Shown here: positions 52,561 through 62,421 of the stretch, piece by piece
How the letters are laid out: every line of letters begins with the position of its first letter
Position numbering within the stretch: position 1 is the first letter of the stretch
Origin: Escherichia coli
GTDB taxonomy: Bacteria; Pseudomonadota; Gammaproteobacteria; Enterobacterales; Enterobacteriaceae
NCBI RefSeq assembly: GCF_044324875.1
Contig: NZ_CP172185.1
Direction: 5' to 3' (one strand)
DNA length: 64,000 nt
Notes under the pieces: generated by a model
What the model saw: only the letters and a program-made list of their open reading frames with translations
Databases searched by the model: none
What the model was told of the DNA's origin: nothing
Program-made: the position numbers and the translations under genes

Positions 52561-53817
52561 ATGAGCATCGCTTTGCGCTTAAAGGTAATGTCCTTTTTGC
52601 AATATTTTATCTGGGGGAGCTGGCTGGTTACCCTCGGTTCTTACATGATTAATACCCTTCATTTCACCGGCGCTAATGTTGGCATGGTTTACAGTTCCAA
52701 AGGGATCGCCGCGATTATTATGCCTGGTATAATGGGGATCATCGCAGACAAATGGCTGCGTGCAGAACGTGCATACATGCTGTGTCACCTGGTGTGTGCG
52801 GGCGTACTTTTTTATGCGGCATCCGTAACTGATCCGGATATGATGTTTTGGGTGATGTTAGTCAATGCGATGGCGTTTATGCCGACTATTGCGTTATCGA
52901 ACAGCGTCTCTTATTCCTGTCTTGCCCAGGCAGGGCTTGACCCGGTGACCGCTTTCCCGCCCATTCGCGTTTTTGGTACGGTGGGGTTCATTGTCGCCAT
53001 GTGGGCAGTAAGCCTGCTGCATCTGGAATTGAGTAGTCTGCAGCTGTATATCGCGTCCGGTGCGTCATTGCTGCTGTCGGCTTATGCGCTGACTTTGCCG
53101 AAGATTCCGGTTGCGGAGAAAAAAGCGACTACATCGCTTGCCAGCAAGCTGGGTCTGGATGCCTTCGTGCTGTTTAAAAATCCACGCATGGCTATCTTTT
53201 TCCTCTTCGCCATGATGCTGGGCGCGGTGCTGCAAATTACCAACGTTTTTGGCAACCCGTTCCTGCATGATTTCGCCCGTAATCCTGAGTTTGCTGACAG
53301 TTTTGTGGTGAAATATCCCTCCATTTTACTGTCAGTTTCACAGATGGCAGAAGTGGGCTTTATACTGACTATCCCATTCTTTTTAAAGCGATTTGGCATT
53401 AAAACCGTCATGCTGATGAGTATGGTGGCCGGGACGCTGCGCTTTGGCTTCTTCGCCTATGGCGATCCGTCAACAACCGGATTTATTTTGCTGCTGCTGT
53501 CGATGATTGTTTATGGCTGTGCATTCGATTTCTTCAATATTTCTGGTTCGGTATTTGTCGAACAGGAAGTTGATTCCAGCATTCGTGCCAGCGCGCAGGG
53601 CCTTTTTATGACGATGGTAAATGGCGTCGGCGCATGGGTTGGCTCGATTCTGAGCGGTATGGCAGTGGATTACTTCTCGGTGGATGGCGTAAAAGATTGG
53701 CATACCATTTGGCTGATGTTTGCAGGGTATGCTCTTTTCCTCGCAGTGATATTTTTCTTTGGGTTTAAATATAACCATGACCCTGAAAAGATAACGCATC
53801 GTTCAGTTACACATTAA
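52561..53817 (+). CDS. xapB: xanthosine MFS permease
   Basis: 418 aa, 12-TM-type hydrophobic protein; follows xapA. Confidence 0.93.
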   Translation: MSIALRLKVMSFLQYFIWGSWLVTLGSYMINTLHFTGANVGMVYSSKGIAAIIMPGIMGIIADKWLRAERAYMLCHLVCAGVLFYAASVTDPDMMFWVMLVNAMAFMPTIALSNSVSYSCLAQAGLDPVTAFPPIRVFGTVGFIVAMWAVSLLHLELSSLQLYIASGASLLLSAYALTLPKIPVAEKKATTSLASKLGLDAFVLFKNPRMAIFFLFAMMLGAVLQITNVFGNPFLHDFARNPEFADSFVVKYPSILLSVSQMAEVGFILTIPFFLKRFGIKTVMLMSMVAGTLRFGFFAYGDPSTTGFILLLLSMIVYGCAFDFFNISGSVFVEQEVDSSIRASAQGLFMTMVNGVGAWVGSILSGMAVDYFSVDGVKDWHTIWLMFAGYALFLAVIFFFGFKYNHDPEKITHRSVTH

Positions 53818-53869
53818 AAGGATTCGCAGCTCTGTTCCTTGGGGCTGCTTTTATGATAAAGGTTAATTA

Positions 53870-54028
53870 GTGAAAGATATTTTATTTTCTTCTGGCGTTG
53901 GTTTTGGCATTGGTGCTTTGTTTACAATCGTGCGCTTGCCTATTCCTGTACCAAATGTATTACCGGGTATATTATCCATTGTGTTTATGTATGTCGGATA
54001 TCTGGTGGTGAAATACTTTATGCCATGA
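53870..54028 (+). CDS. small hydrophobic membrane ORF (52 codons), XapX-like candidate
   Basis: GTG start at 53870 with aagg 7 nt upstream; translation VKDILFSSGVGFGIGALFTIVRLPIPVPNVLPGILSIVFMYVGYLVVKYFMP; below the ORF-track length cut-off. Confidence 0.5.
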   Translation: MKDILFSSGVGFGIGALFTIVRLPIPVPNVLPGILSIVFMYVGYLVVKYFMP

Positions 54029-54068
54029 TAATTTAATACGATGTATTTATTATATGGAGCACTTAATT

Positions 54069-54953
54069 ATGGAACGCGTATATAGAACAGATCTTAAGTT
54101 GCTCCGTTATTTTCTTGCCGTAGCGGAAGAGTTGCATTTTGGTCGCGCAGCAGCGCGTTTAAATATGTCTCAGCCTCCGCTCAGTATTCATATTAAAGAG
54201 CTGGAAAATCAACTCGGCACGCAGCTTTTTATTCGCCATTCGCGCAGCGTCGTACTGACACACGCGGGCAAAATCTTGATGGAAGAATCGCGTCGATTGC
54301 TGGTGAATGCAAATAATGTATTGGCTCGGGTTGAACAAATAGGTCGGGGAGAAGCAGGGCGGATTGAACTCGGGGTTGTGGGAACGGCATTGTGGGGACG
54401 GATGCGCCCGGTTATGCGGCGATTCCTCAGGGAAAATCCTAACGTTGACGTTCTTTTTCGCGAAAAGATGCCCGCGATGCAAATGGCCCTGCTGGAACGA
54501 CGTGAACTCGATGCCGGAATCTGGAGAATGGCGACAGAACCACCGGCAGGTTTTACCAGCTTACGGTTGCATGAATCGGCGTTTCTGGTGGCGATGCCTG
54601 AAGAGCATCATCTCTCATCATTTTCCACCGTTCCGCTGGAAGCGCTACGTGACGAGTATTTTGTTACAATGCCGCCCGTGTACACTGACTGGGATTTTTT
54701 GCAGCGAGTTTGCCAGCAGGTGGGATTTTCACCGGTTGTTATTCGCGAAGTTAATGAACCGCAAACGGTACTCGCCATGGTCAGTATGGGCATTGGTATC
54801 ACATTGATAGCGGACAGCTACGCACAAATGAACTGGCCAGGTGTCATTTTCCGTCCGCTCAAACAGCGCATCCCTGCAGATTTATATATTGTTTATGAAA
54901 CACAGCAGGTGACGCCCGCGATGGTTAAGCTGTTGGCTGCATTGACACAGTAG
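54069..54953 (+). CDS. xapR: LysR-family activator of xapAB
   Basis: Protein from MERVYRTDLKLLRYFLAVAEELHFGRAAARLNMSQPPLS recognised as XapR (294 aa); second in-frame ATG of track ORF. Confidence 0.92.
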   Translation: MERVYRTDLKLLRYFLAVAEELHFGRAAARLNMSQPPLSIHIKELENQLGTQLFIRHSRSVVLTHAGKILMEESRRLLVNANNVLARVEQIGRGEAGRIELGVVGTALWGRMRPVMRRFLRENPNVDVLFREKMPAMQMALLERRELDAGIWRMATEPPAGFTSLRLHESAFLVAMPEEHHLSSFSTVPLEALRDEYFVTMPPVYTDWDFLQRVCQQVGFSPVVIREVNEPQTVLAMVSMGIGITLIADSYAQMNWPGVIFRPLKQRIPADLYIVYETQQVTPAMVKLLAALTQ

Positions 54954-55018
54954 GTGAGGAGACAGGAATTGCCGGAAATAGTAGTCTGCTAAGTGAAGCG
55001 CATCAGGCAATTTCGCAA

Positions 55019-55078
55019 ATCGCAGATAGCAAAAAAGCGCCTTTAGGGCGCTTTTTTACATTGGTGGGTCGTGCAGGA
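55019..55078 (-). repeat. duplicated copy of the lysV terminator plus the last 17 nt of tRNA-Lys (tRNA 3' fragment)
   Basis: 60 bp identical to 55175..55234; contains tggtgggtcgtgcagga, the complement of the tRNA-Lys 3' end. Confidence 0.75.
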
Positions 55079-55184
55079 TGACTCGCTTCGCTCGCCCTTC
55101 GGGCCGTCGCCGCGAGCGGCTCCGTTGTTTCGCTGCGCTCAACTCGAACCTGCTGCAGGTTCGAATCTTTGAGTATCGCAGATA

Positions 55185-55213
55185 GCAAAAAAGCGCCTTT
55201 AGGGCGCTTTTTT
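55185..55213 (-). terminator. rho-independent terminator of the valU-valX-valY-lysV tRNA operon
   Basis: aaaaaagcgcc-ttta-gggcgctttttt hairpin immediately 3' of lysV. Confidence 0.75.
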
Positions 55214-55217
55214 ACAT

Positions 55218-55293
55218 TGGTGGGTCGTGCAGGATTCGAACCTGCGACCAATTGATTAAAAGTCAACTGCTCTACCAACTGAGCTAACGACCC
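55218..55293 (-). tRNA. lysV: tRNA-Lys (anticodon UUU)
   Basis: 76 nt; reverse complement reads gggtcgttagctcagttggtagagcagttgacttttaatcaattggtcgcaggttcgaatcctgcacgacccacca. Confidence 0.95.
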
Positions 55294-55297
55294 GAAG

Positions 55298-55373
55298 TGG
55301 TGGGTGATGACGGGATCGAACCGCCGACCCCCTCCTTGTAAGGGAGGTGCTCTCCCAGCTGAGCTAATCACCC
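55298..55373 (-). tRNA. valY: tRNA-Val (anticodon UAC)
   Basis: 76 nt; reverse complement reads gggtgattagctcagctgggagagcacctcccttacaaggagggggtcggcggttcgatcccgtcatcacccacca. Confidence 0.95.
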
Positions 55374-55419
55374 ACTTCGGTACTTCACATTTTTACAAGA
55401 AATTTAGCTGGCGAGAAAG

Positions 55420-55495
55420 TGGTGGGTGATGACGGGATCGAACCGCCGACCCCCTCCTTGTAAGGGAGGTGCTCTCCCAGCTGAGCTAATCACCC
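55420..55495 (-). tRNA. valX: tRNA-Val (anticodon UAC)
   Basis: Identical 76 nt copy. Confidence 0.95.
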
Positions 55496-55538
55496 ACTTC
55501 TCAATTTCTTGCTACACGGCGGAGACTACATAAAGAAG

Positions 55539-55614
55539 TGGTGGGTGATGACGGGATCGAACCGCCGACCCCCTCCTTGTAAGGGAGGTGCTCTCCCAGC
55601 TGAGCTAATCACCC
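55539..55614 (-). tRNA. valU: tRNA-Val (anticodon UAC)
   Basis: Identical 76 nt copy; first gene of the tRNA operon. Confidence 0.95.
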
Positions 55615-55631
55615 CCGCTGTGTGGAGTCGC

Positions 55632-55659
55632 ATTATAGGGAGAGTTCAAAATGAGTCAA
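55632..55659 (-). promoter_or_regulatory. candidate sigma70 promoter of the valU tRNA operon
   Basis: On the minus strand TTGACT, 16 nt spacer, TATAAT, ending about 17 nt before the valU 5' end. Confidence 0.6.
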
Positions 55660-55872
55660 CGCATTTTCTAAAGAAATTGTTCGTTCGTCGTAAATTTAAG
55701 CAAGATGATCGCAAAACAGACCGTGTTGCGCAATTTGTCAACGAAAACAATAATGCGTAAGGTTGCAACCCGAACTACATTGAGGAATCAGGCGGGAGTG
55801 ATAGAATATCGCCCACTCAATTTTTCCAGGATTTGCCGGTTGTCGGCATCTTTCTAAACGTAAGGCCATTTC

Positions 55873-57288
55873 ATGAAAATCAAAACTCGCTTCGCGCCAA
55901 GCCCAACAGGCTATCTGCACGTTGGCGGCGCGCGTACTGCTCTTTACTCCTGGCTTTTTGCACGTAACCACGGCGGTGAGTTCGTGCTGCGTATTGAAGA
56001 CACCGATCTTGAGCGTTCCACGCCGGAAGCTATCGAAGCCATTATGGATGGCATGAACTGGCTGAGCCTGGAGTGGGATGAAGGTCCGTACTACCAGACC
56101 AAACGTTTTGATCGCTACAACGCGGTGATCGATCAGATGCTGGAAGAGGGCACTGCTTATAAATGCTATTGCTCTAAAGAGCGCCTGGAAGCGCTGCGCG
56201 AAGAGCAAATGGCGAAAGGTGAGAAGCCGCGTTATGACGGTCGCTGCCGCCACAGCCATGAGCATCATGCTGATGATGAACCGTGTGTTGTACGTTTTGC
56301 TAACCCGCAGGAAGGTTCTGTTGTTTTTGACGATCAGATCCGTGGTCCGATCGAATTCAGCAACCAGGAGCTGGATGATCTGATTATCCGTCGTACCGAT
56401 GGTTCTCCAACCTATAACTTCTGTGTGGTGGTTGACGACTGGGATATGGAAATCACCCACGTTATCCGTGGCGAAGACCATATCAACAACACGCCACGCC
56501 AGATCAACATTCTTAAAGCACTGAAAGCGCCGGTACCGGTTTACGCGCACGTTTCTATGATCAACGGCGATGACGGCAAAAAACTGTCCAAACGTCACGG
56601 GGCGGTCAGCGTAATGCAGTATCGTGATGACGGTTATTTGCCAGAAGCACTGCTGAACTATCTGGTGCGTCTGGGCTGGTCCCACGGCGATCAGGAAATC
56701 TTCACTCGTGAAGAGATGATCAAATACTTCACCCTGAATGCCGTCAGCAAATCTGCCAGTGCGTTCAACACCGACAAGCTGCTGTGGCTGAACCATCACT
56801 ACATTAACGCGCTGCCGCCGGAGTATGTTGCTACTCACTTACAGTGGCACATTGAGCAGGAAAATATCGATACCCGTAACGGCCCGCAGCTGGCTGATCT
56901 GGTGAAACTACTGGGTGAACGCTGCAAGACGCTGAAAGAGATGGCACAGAGCTGCCGCTATTTCTACGAAGATTTTGCTGAGTTCGATGCCGACGCCGCG
57001 AAAAAACATCTGCGTCCGGTAGCGCGTCAGCCGCTGGAAGTGGTTCGTGACAAACTGGCCGCGATTACTGACTGGACCGCTGAAAACGTTCATCACGCTA
57101 TTCAGGCGACGGCGGATGAGCTGGAAGTGGGGATGGGTAAAGTTGGTATGCCGCTGCGTGTCGCCGTAACCGGTGCGGGGCAGTCTCCGGCGCTGGATGT
57201 TACCGTTCACGCAATCGGTAAGACCCGCAGTATCGAGCGTATCAACAAAGCGCTGGCTTTTATTGCTGAACGCGAAAATCAGCAGTAA
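55873..57288 (+). CDS. gltX: glutamyl-tRNA synthetase
   Basis: 471 aa; class I HIGH-type motif ([12 protein letters not shown]) and KMSKS-type motif (KLSKR). Confidence 0.97.
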   Translation: MKIKTRFAPSPTGYLHVGGARTALYSWLFARNHGGEFVLRIEDTDLERSTPEAIEAIMDGMNWLSLEWDEGPYYQTKRFDRYNAVIDQMLEEGTAYKCYCSKERLEALREEQMAKGEKPRYDGRCRHSHEHHADDEPCVVRFANPQEGSVVFDDQIRGPIEFSNQELDDLIIRRTDGSPTYNFCVVVDDWDMEITHVIRGEDHINNTPRQINILKALKAPVPVYAHVSMINGDDGKKLSKRHGAVSVMQYRDDGYLPEALLNYLVRLGWSHGDQEIFTREEMIKYFTLNAVSKSASAFNTDKLLWLNHHYINALPPEYVATHLQWHIEQENIDTRNGPQLADLVKLLGERCKTLKEMAQSCRYFYEDFAEFDADAAKKHLRPVARQPLEVVRDKLAAITDWTAENVHHAIQATADELEVGMGKVGMPLRVAVTGAGQSPALDVTVHAIGKTRSIERINKALAFIAERENQQ

Positions 57289-57304
57289 TTAGCGCATAAA
57301 AGAT

Positions 57305-57337
57305 AAACGGCAGGAGAGATACCCCTGCCGTTTTTTA
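57305..57337 (+). terminator. rho-independent terminator of gltX
   Basis: acggcagg-agagatacc-cctgccgt hairpin followed by a T run. Confidence 0.75.
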
Positions 57338-57338
57338 T

Positions 57339-57731
57339 TTATTCTGATTCATCTATGTCGAGACGAGCAAGGAAATTACGAATTCCTTCGCGTGACAAAA
57401 ATTGCGCAACTTTTTCCTGCTCACTGTGAGTCATGTTGTCTATTGCGCTGATGATTTGCCGATAAGCAGGGGTGCGAATACCCGGTGCGTATTCGGCAAG
57501 GGGTTCTTCGGCTTCCAGAAGCATCGGTGTGTTATGGAAGGCTGGCGTGTTCTGAATAAACTCGCAAACTTGCGTATCGACCAGAATAAGTCTGGCACGA
57601 CCGCCTTTCACGCCAGGAAATTTTTCCGTTTTCCAGCCTTTTTCTCTGATCCAACGGTTAACAGTTTGTTTAGCCACACCGAGGCATTCAGCCAGTTCTT
57701 CGGTGGTCATTTTATTGCGTAATCTTTTCAT
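57339..57731 (-). CDS. yfeD: small HTH DNA-binding protein YfeD
   Basis: 130 aa; N-terminal MTTEELAECLGVAKQTVNRWIREKGW motif, paralogous to the adjacent yfeC product. Confidence 0.85.
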   Translation of the reverse strand: MKRLRNKMTTEELAECLGVAKQTVNRWIREKGWKTEKFPGVKGGRARLILVDTQVCEFIQNTPAFHNTPMLLEAEEPLAEYAPGIRTPAYRQIISAIDNMTHSEQEKVAQFLSREGIRNFLARLDIDESE

Positions 57732-57732
57732 A

Positions 57733-58092
57733 TTATTTGCTATCGCGAATCCCTAAGCGTTGTAATAATCCGATAATCCCTTCCCGCAGAAGCAAGGATG
57801 TAAACTGTTTTTGTTCAACTGGCGTCATCTCTTTCGCCAGTGTCACCAGCAACACTTCAAGCGGCGCATCACCAGACAGGGCAGGCGCTTCTCCCTGACC
57901 TTCTGGACGTTCAGCATTGCGAATATATTCACGAACCTGTTCATTGACGTGAACCAGTCGGGCTTTGCCACCCTGGACGCCAGGTTTTGGTGACGTTGTC
58001 CAGCCTTCCTTGCGTACCCATTTATTAATGGTCTGCCGGCTATAGCCGGTCAGTCTGGCAAGTTCATCTGGCGTCATCCTCTCCTTGAACAT
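57733..58092 (-). CDS. yfeC: small HTH DNA-binding protein YfeC
   Basis: 119 aa; N-terminal MTPDELARLTGYSRQTINKWVRKEGW motif. Confidence 0.85.
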   Translation of the reverse strand: MFKERMTPDELARLTGYSRQTINKWVRKEGWTTSPKPGVQGGKARLVHVNEQVREYIRNAERPEGQGEAPALSGDAPLEVLLVTLAKEMTPVEQKQFTSLLLREGIIGLLQRLGIRDSK

Positions 58093-58251
58093 AACAATTC
58101 CCTGAATGTATGTGGGTCTATTAGTAGTTCATTTTATAACACCACTTTACAGGAAACCGTGACATGAATAACTACTGAATGCGAGCGGTTTTCCAAAATT
58201 GTTCATTTGCCTGATTTTTCAGCGATTGAAACTACACGTTGCAATTTGCCG

Positions 58252-58280
58252 TTGACACATTCGGGCGGAATTCATATGAT
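58252..58280 (+). promoter_or_regulatory. candidate sigma70 promoter of the alaX-alaW tRNA operon
   Basis: TTGACA, 17 nt spacer, TATGAT, then GC-rich discriminator gccgcccg; about 33 nt upstream of the first tRNA-Ala. Confidence 0.6.
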
Positions 58281-58312
58281 GCCGCCCGTCAACTCGACAA
58301 GCTTTACGTGAC

Positions 58313-58388
<76 letters not shown>

Positions 58389-58427
58389 AATTTTGCACCC
58401 AGCAAATTTGGTACGTAAACGCATCGT

Positions 58428-58503
<76 letters not shown>

Positions 58504-58504
58504 A

Positions 58505-58530
58505 ATTTCAAACCCTCGCTGTAAAGCGGG
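58505..58530 (+). terminator. terminator-like hairpin after alaW
   Basis: ccctcgc-tgtaaa-gcggggg stem followed by tttttt. Confidence 0.6.
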
Positions 58531-58710
58531 GGTTTTTTGTCTCTGCTTTTTGCCGCTTTTGTAATACAGTCTACGTCCGGGTTAGCGCCGCCTGGTGAAA
58601 GCATCATTGGATGAAAAATCGGCAACAGGCTGGCCCCTGTTTGCTTCGCGATGCGAATAAACTTATTATTTGTGTGCCTGAAAACCCCGATCAGTGAGAG
58701 TAGTGTACTC

Positions 58711-60900
58711 ATGTTTGTGGAGCATAACCTGATAAAAAATATCAAGATATTCACACTAGCGTTTACGCTCACCGTGGTACTCATTCAGCTATCCCGTTTT
58801 ATTTCGCCACTTGCCATTATCCATTCCAGTTATATCTTTCTGGCGTGGATGCCACTGTGCGTAATGCTGTCAATCTTGTTTATCTTTGGCTGGCGCGGTG
58901 TCGTTCCCGTTTTATGCGGGATGTTTTGCACCAATCTGTGGAACTTTCATCTATCTTTTTTACAGACCGCGGTCATGCTCGGCAGCCAGACGTTTGTTGT
59001 GTTGTGTGCCTGCGCAATATTACGCTGGCAGCTGGGGACGCGTTGGCGTTATGGATTGACCAGCCGATATGTCTGGCAACGTCTTTTCTGGCTTGGTTTG
59101 GTGACGCCGATCGGCATCAAATGCAGCATGTATCTTGTGGGGAGCTTTTTTGATTTCCCGCTAAAGATATCCACCTTTTTCGGCGATGCGGATGCCATTT
59201 TCACAGTCGTTGATTTACTAAGCCTTTTCACCGCTGTGCTGATTTACAACATGCTTTTCTACTATCTCACTCGCATGATTGTAAGTCCCCACTTTGCGCA
59301 GATATTGTGGCGCAGGGATATCGCTCCGTCGTTGAGCAAAGAGAAACGCGCATTTACCTTAAGCTGGCTGGCAGCTCTTAGCGTGCTGCTACTTCTGATG
59401 TGCACACCGTATGAGAATGACTTTATTGCCGGTTACCTGGTACCTGTTTTCTTTATCATCTTTACCCTCGGTGTCGGTAAGCTTCGCTATCCGTTTTTAA
59501 ATCTCACCTGGGCTGTTTCAACGCTTTGCCTGCTGAATTACAACCAGAACTTTTTGCAAGGGGTACTAACCGAATATTCGCTGGCATTTATTCTCGCGGT
59601 GCTGATTTCCTTTAGTGTTTGCCTGCTCTATATGGTGCGCATTTATCATCGCAGTGAATGGCTTAATCGCCGCTGGCATTTGCAGGCGCTGACCGATCCG
59701 TTAACGCTCCTACCCAACTTTCGTGCGTTAGAACAAGCGCCGGAGCAAGAGGCGGGCAAGAGTTTTTGCTGCCTGCGCATTGATAATCTTGAGTTTATGA
59801 GTCGTCATTACGGCTTAATGATGCGCGTTCACTGTATCCGATCAATTTACCGTACGCTGCTGCCGTTGATGCAGGAAAACGAAAAGTTGTATCAATTGCC
59901 GGGTAGTGAACTGCTGTTAGTGCTGAGTGGACCGGAAACGGAAGGGCGACTCCAGCATATGGTTAACATCCTGAATAGTCGGCAAATTCACTGGAACAAT
60001 ACCGGGCTGGATATGGGCTATGGTGCTGCCTGGGGGCGTTTTGATGGAAATCAGGAAACCCTGCAACCCTTGTTGGGGCAGTTAAGCTGGCTGGCGGAGC
60101 AATCCTGCGCACATCACCATGTGCTGGCGCTGGATAGCAGAGAGGAGATGGTTTCCGGGCAGACCACTAAACAGGTGCTATTGCTGAATACCATTCGCAC
60201 GGCGTTAGATCAGGGTGATTTGCTGCTCTACGCCCAGCCAATTCGCAACAAAGAGGGTGAAGGTTATGATGAGATCCTCGCGCGACTGAAATATGACGGC
60301 GGCATTATGACCCCGGATAAGTTTCTGCCCCTTATTGCTCAGTTTAACCTTAGCGCGCGTTTTGATTTGCAAGTGCTGGAATCCCTGTTGAAGTGGCTGG
60401 CAACACATCCTTGCGACAAAAAAGGCCCGCGCTTTTCAGTCAATTTAATGCCGCTCACGCTGCTGCAAAAGAATATTGCCGGGCGGATTATTCGTCTGTT
60501 TAAGCGTTATCACATCTCCCCGCAGGCGGTCATTCTTGAGATCACCGAGGAGCAGGCGTTTTCTAACGCAGAAAGCAGCATGTACAACATCGAGCAACTG
60601 CATAAGGTTGGCTTCCGGATTGCGATTGATGACTTTGGCACCGGCTATGCCAACTACGAACGGTTAAAGCGTTTGCAGGCTGATATCATCAAAATTGATG
60701 GTGTCTTTGTGAAAGATATCGTCACGAATACGCTGGATGCGATGATTGTGAGATCAATTACCGATCTGGCGAAAGCGAAGTCATTGAGTGTGGTCGCGGA
60801 GTTTGTCGAGACGCAACAGCAGCAGGCGCTATTGCATAAGCTCGGGGTGCAATATCTGCAAGGGTATTTGATTGGTCGCCCGCAGCCATTAGCTGATTAA
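58711..60900 (+). CDS. pdeA: membrane-anchored c-di-GMP phosphodiesterase (MASE1 - degenerate GGDEF - EAL)
   Basis: 729 aa from MFVEHNLIKNIKIF; hydrophobic N-terminus; EAL-domain motifs (QPIRNKEG, DDFGTGYANYERLKRL) present and no canonical GGDEF motif seen. Confidence 0.9.
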   Translation: MFVEHNLIKNIKIFTLAFTLTVVLIQLSRFISPLAIIHSSYIFLAWMPLCVMLSILFIFGWRGVVPVLCGMFCTNLWNFHLSFLQTAVMLGSQTFVVLCACAILRWQLGTRWRYGLTSRYVWQRLFWLGLVTPIGIKCSMYLVGSFFDFPLKISTFFGDADAIFTVVDLLSLFTAVLIYNMLFYYLTRMIVSPHFAQILWRRDIAPSLSKEKRAFTLSWLAALSVLLLLMCTPYENDFIAGYLVPVFFIIFTLGVGKLRYPFLNLTWAVSTLCLLNYNQNFLQGVLTEYSLAFILAVLISFSVCLLYMVRIYHRSEWLNRRWHLQALTDPLTLLPNFRALEQAPEQEAGKSFCCLRIDNLEFMSRHYGLMMRVHCIRSIYRTLLPLMQENEKLYQLPGSELLLVLSGPETEGRLQHMVNILNSRQIHWNNTGLDMGYGAAWGRFDGNQETLQPLLGQLSWLAEQSCAHHHVLALDSREEMVSGQTTKQVLLLNTIRTALDQGDLLLYAQPIRNKEGEGYDEILARLKYDGGIMTPDKFLPLIAQFNLSARFDLQVLESLLKWLATHPCDKKGPRFSVNLMPLTLLQKNIAGRIIRLFKRYHISPQAVILEITEEQAFSNAESSMYNIEQLHKVGFRIAIDDFGTGYANYERLKRLQADIIKIDGVFVKDIVTNTLDAMIVRSITDLAKAKSLSVVAEFVETQQQQALLHKLGVQYLQGYLIGRPQPLAD

Positions 60901-60907
60901 CAGGCGT

Positions 60908-60939
60908 AAAAAAACCGGGGAATTATCCCCGGCTTTTTT
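60908..60939. terminator. bidirectional rho-independent terminator between pdeA and nupC
   Basis: aaaaaaccgggg-aattat-ccccggctttttt. Confidence 0.8.
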
Positions 60940-60949
60940 ATGTATGGTC

Positions 60950-62152
60950 TTACAGCACCAGTGCTGCGATTGACGCAGACAGCACACTCACCAGGGTAGA
61001 GCCGTAAACCAGTTTCAGACCGAAGCGAGAAACCACGTTACCTTGCTCTTCATTCAGGCCTTTAACTGCACCTGCGATAATCCCGATTGAAGAGAAGTTA
61101 GCGAAGGAAACCAGGAACACAGAGATGATGCCTTCAGCACGCGGAGAGAGCGTGGAAGCAATTTTCTGCAGATCCATCATCGCAACGAACTCGTTGGAAA
61201 CCAGTTTGGTCGCCATGATACTGCCCACTTGCAGTGCTTCACTGGAAGGAACACCCATCACCCATGCAATCGGATAGAAGATGTAGCCCAGGATGCCCTG
61301 GAAGGAGATGCTGTAGCCAAACCAGCCAGTCACGGTAGCAAACAGTGCGTTCAGCGCGGCGATCAGGGCGATAAAGCCGATCAGCATCGCGGCAACGATA
61401 ATGGCGACTTTGAAACCTGCCAGAATGTATTCACCCAGCATTTCGAAGAAGCTCTGACCTTCGTGCAGGTTGGACATCTGGATGTTTTCTTCACTGGCAT
61501 CAACACGGTAAGGGTTGATCAGCGACAGCACGATAAAGGTGCTGAACATGTTCAGTACCAGTGCCGCAACGACGTATTTCGGTTCCAGCATGGTCATGTA
61601 TGCACCAACGATGGACATCGACACGGTGGACATCGCCGTTGCTGCCATGGTGTACATACGATTGCGGGAGATTTTGCCGAGGATGTCTTTATAGGCAATA
61701 AAGTTTTCAGACTGACCCAGAATCAGGGAGCTGACGGCGTTAAAGGATTCCAGTTTGCCCATGCCGTTGACTTTGGAGAGCAGGAAACCAATTGCGCGGA
61801 TAATCACCGGCAACACGCGAATGTGCTGGAGAATACCGATCAATGCAGAGATAAAGACAATTGGGCACAGCACTTTCAGGAAGAAGAATGCCAGGCCTTG
61901 ATCATTCATGCTACCAAAGACGAAGTTAGTCCCTTCGTTGGCAAATCCGAGCAGTTTTTCGAACATTTCGGAGAAGCCTTTCACGAAGCCTAAACCAACG
62001 TCGGAGTTCAGGAAGAACCACGCCAGTAACACTTCGATAACAAGCAGTTGAATAACATAACGGATACGAATTTTTTTGCGGTCGCTGCTTACCAGCAGTG
62101 CGAGAATCGCAACAACGGCAAGTGCCAGTACAAAATGAAGGACGCGGTCCAT
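60950..62152 (-). CDS. nupC: nucleoside:H+ symporter NupC
   Basis: Protein from [33 protein letters not shown] recognised as NupC (400 aa); track ORF extends 13 codons upstream. Confidence 0.93.
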
Positions 62153-62421
62153 ATTTGCTCCAAATATGAGGCAGGTTAAATTTCCGTGCACATTCTATGT
62201 AACATGGTTAAGGAAAACGAGATCTGACACACACTATAATGACGTCCTGTGACCAGCTTCAAAAATAGTGAGCTGTCATACATTTCTGCTATGTTGTGTA
62301 TGGAAGCTGAAAGTTATGTAAATGTGCTAACATTAAACATAACCATAACATTCAAGTCATCAATCTTTTCGTAGTCATAATCCTGGTCTATCAGAGAAAT
62401 CACCACAACCCATTTAAATGA

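Noticed and set aside
55003-55371. 122-aa minus-strand ORF with an internal repeated peptide (ARPTNVKKRPKGAFLLSAI twice)
   Set aside because: Reads straight through the tRNA-Lys and tRNA-Val genes and the duplicated terminator; the peptide repeat only reflects the 60-bp DNA direct repeat, so it is not a protein-coding gene.
55738-56838. 366-aa ORF on the minus strand
   Set aside because: Antisense within gltX, whose product shows clear class I synthetase motifs; shadow ORF.
61229-61993. 254-aa ORF on the plus strand
   Set aside because: Antisense within nupC; shadow ORF.
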